From contig CDMY01000577.1 of assembly GCA_001179505.1 (NCBI GenBank), positions 1 through 48,396 of the forward strand: a DNA stretch of 48,396 nucleotides, given 5' to 3'. Position 1 is the stretch's first letter; every line of letters begins with the position of its first letter. Under the pieces are notes generated by a model. That model searched no databases, had not been told where the DNA came from, and saw nothing but the letters and a program-made list of their open reading frames with translations. The stretch comes from Vitrella brassicaformis CCMP3155. Taxonomy: Eukaryota; Protista; Chromerida. The position numbers were made by a program, and so were the translations under genes. Shown here in pieces: positions 47,629 to 48,396 of this stretch.

Positions 47629-48396
47629 GGAAGGAATCGACGCAATCTTGGCGCGTGTCAGGTCACGCACCACACCATCTCTGTGTGTCGGGGGGCGTCG
47701 CGAGCTGAGTGATAGGTGACGTGGGTGCAGTCGCTGTCTGTCGACTGACTGGGAGGGTAGTGGGGGTGGCGAGTTGAGTTGGCGATGGGTTGACTGATGG
47801 ATGAGTGCAGACTTTGTGTGCACTGGATGGATGGATTGATAGCTGACGCGTGTGTGCTGTTTTTCAATTCTCGCTTGACCCTTACATACCCTTGGCCATG
47901 ATCACACAGTCACACAAAGTCTTGCGGTTATCTCATCCCGCTGTCCATCCGCTGGCAGCCGACCAATGACATTCACCACCACAAGCAGCTCATCCCGTCC
48001 TCACTCCTGGAGAGCTGGGCGGTCAATCAGACTGACAAGGTCTCTGCAGAATACTTTCAGGCAGCGATGCCCACCCTCCTCTGTCGCCTGCACCACAACA
48101 CACAGTGAACCACATGCCAACGCATCGAAATGGTTTGTATTGCGCATTCCCCCCCTCTGCGGCCATGCACTGTGTCTCAGACTCCCTCCATTCCCGCTTA
48201 CCGGTGCGTGGGTGTGGTCACCGACTCCCATTGCCCAGACAGCGGTGTGGGGGAGGGGGTCACATCCATCCATCCATCCATCCCGTTTGTCTGTGTGTGT
48301 TTGCCACACACAAGGTGTGCGGTCTCACTACGCCATGTGCGTGTGTGTCTGCGGTGGCAGCTTAGCTGGCCGTGACCCCGTCCATCCACAGGATTG

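Overview
Eukaryotic nuclear DNA: GC-rich and gene-dense, with many short GT-AG introns filled with (CA/GT)n, (GA)n, (ATCC)n and (GACA)n microsatellites. These traits, together with an ApiAP2-type gene, an ERC-like EF-hand gene and several members of large lineage-specific families, point to a chromerid alga, most likely Vitrella brassicaformis (inference from memory, no search run). Most six-frame ORFs are antisense or intron read-through artefacts, so all gene models were spliced by eye and exon boundaries are approximate. Genes in order: tandem dynein-light-chain-like protein with two C-terminal TM helices (+); secreted 12-residue-repeat protein with a Peptidase_S74 autocleaving chaperone and coiled coil, i.e. 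a phage tail-fibre-like layout (+); probable plastid-targeted DUF3067 protein (+); RING-HC protein (-); ER EF-hand protein ending KDEL (-), head-to-head with ALKBH1-like dioxygenase (+); two tandem lineage-specific paralogues (-); secreted Cys-rich/acidic/Arg-His-tail precursor (+); [FeFe]-hydrogenase maturase HYDEF fusion (-), head-to-head with HYDG (+), both with mitochondrial-type presequences; triple-AP2 gene (-); frameshifted lineage-specific gene (+); large unknown gene with an internally duplicated domain (-); another lineage-specific gene (+). Best leads: the S74 tail-fibre-like secreted protein, the apparently mitochondrial HYDEF/HYDG pair with a presequence-like internal linker, the His/Arg-tail secreted precursor, and the unnamed duplicated domain. 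No HydA, rRNA, tRNA or CRISPR array was recognised.
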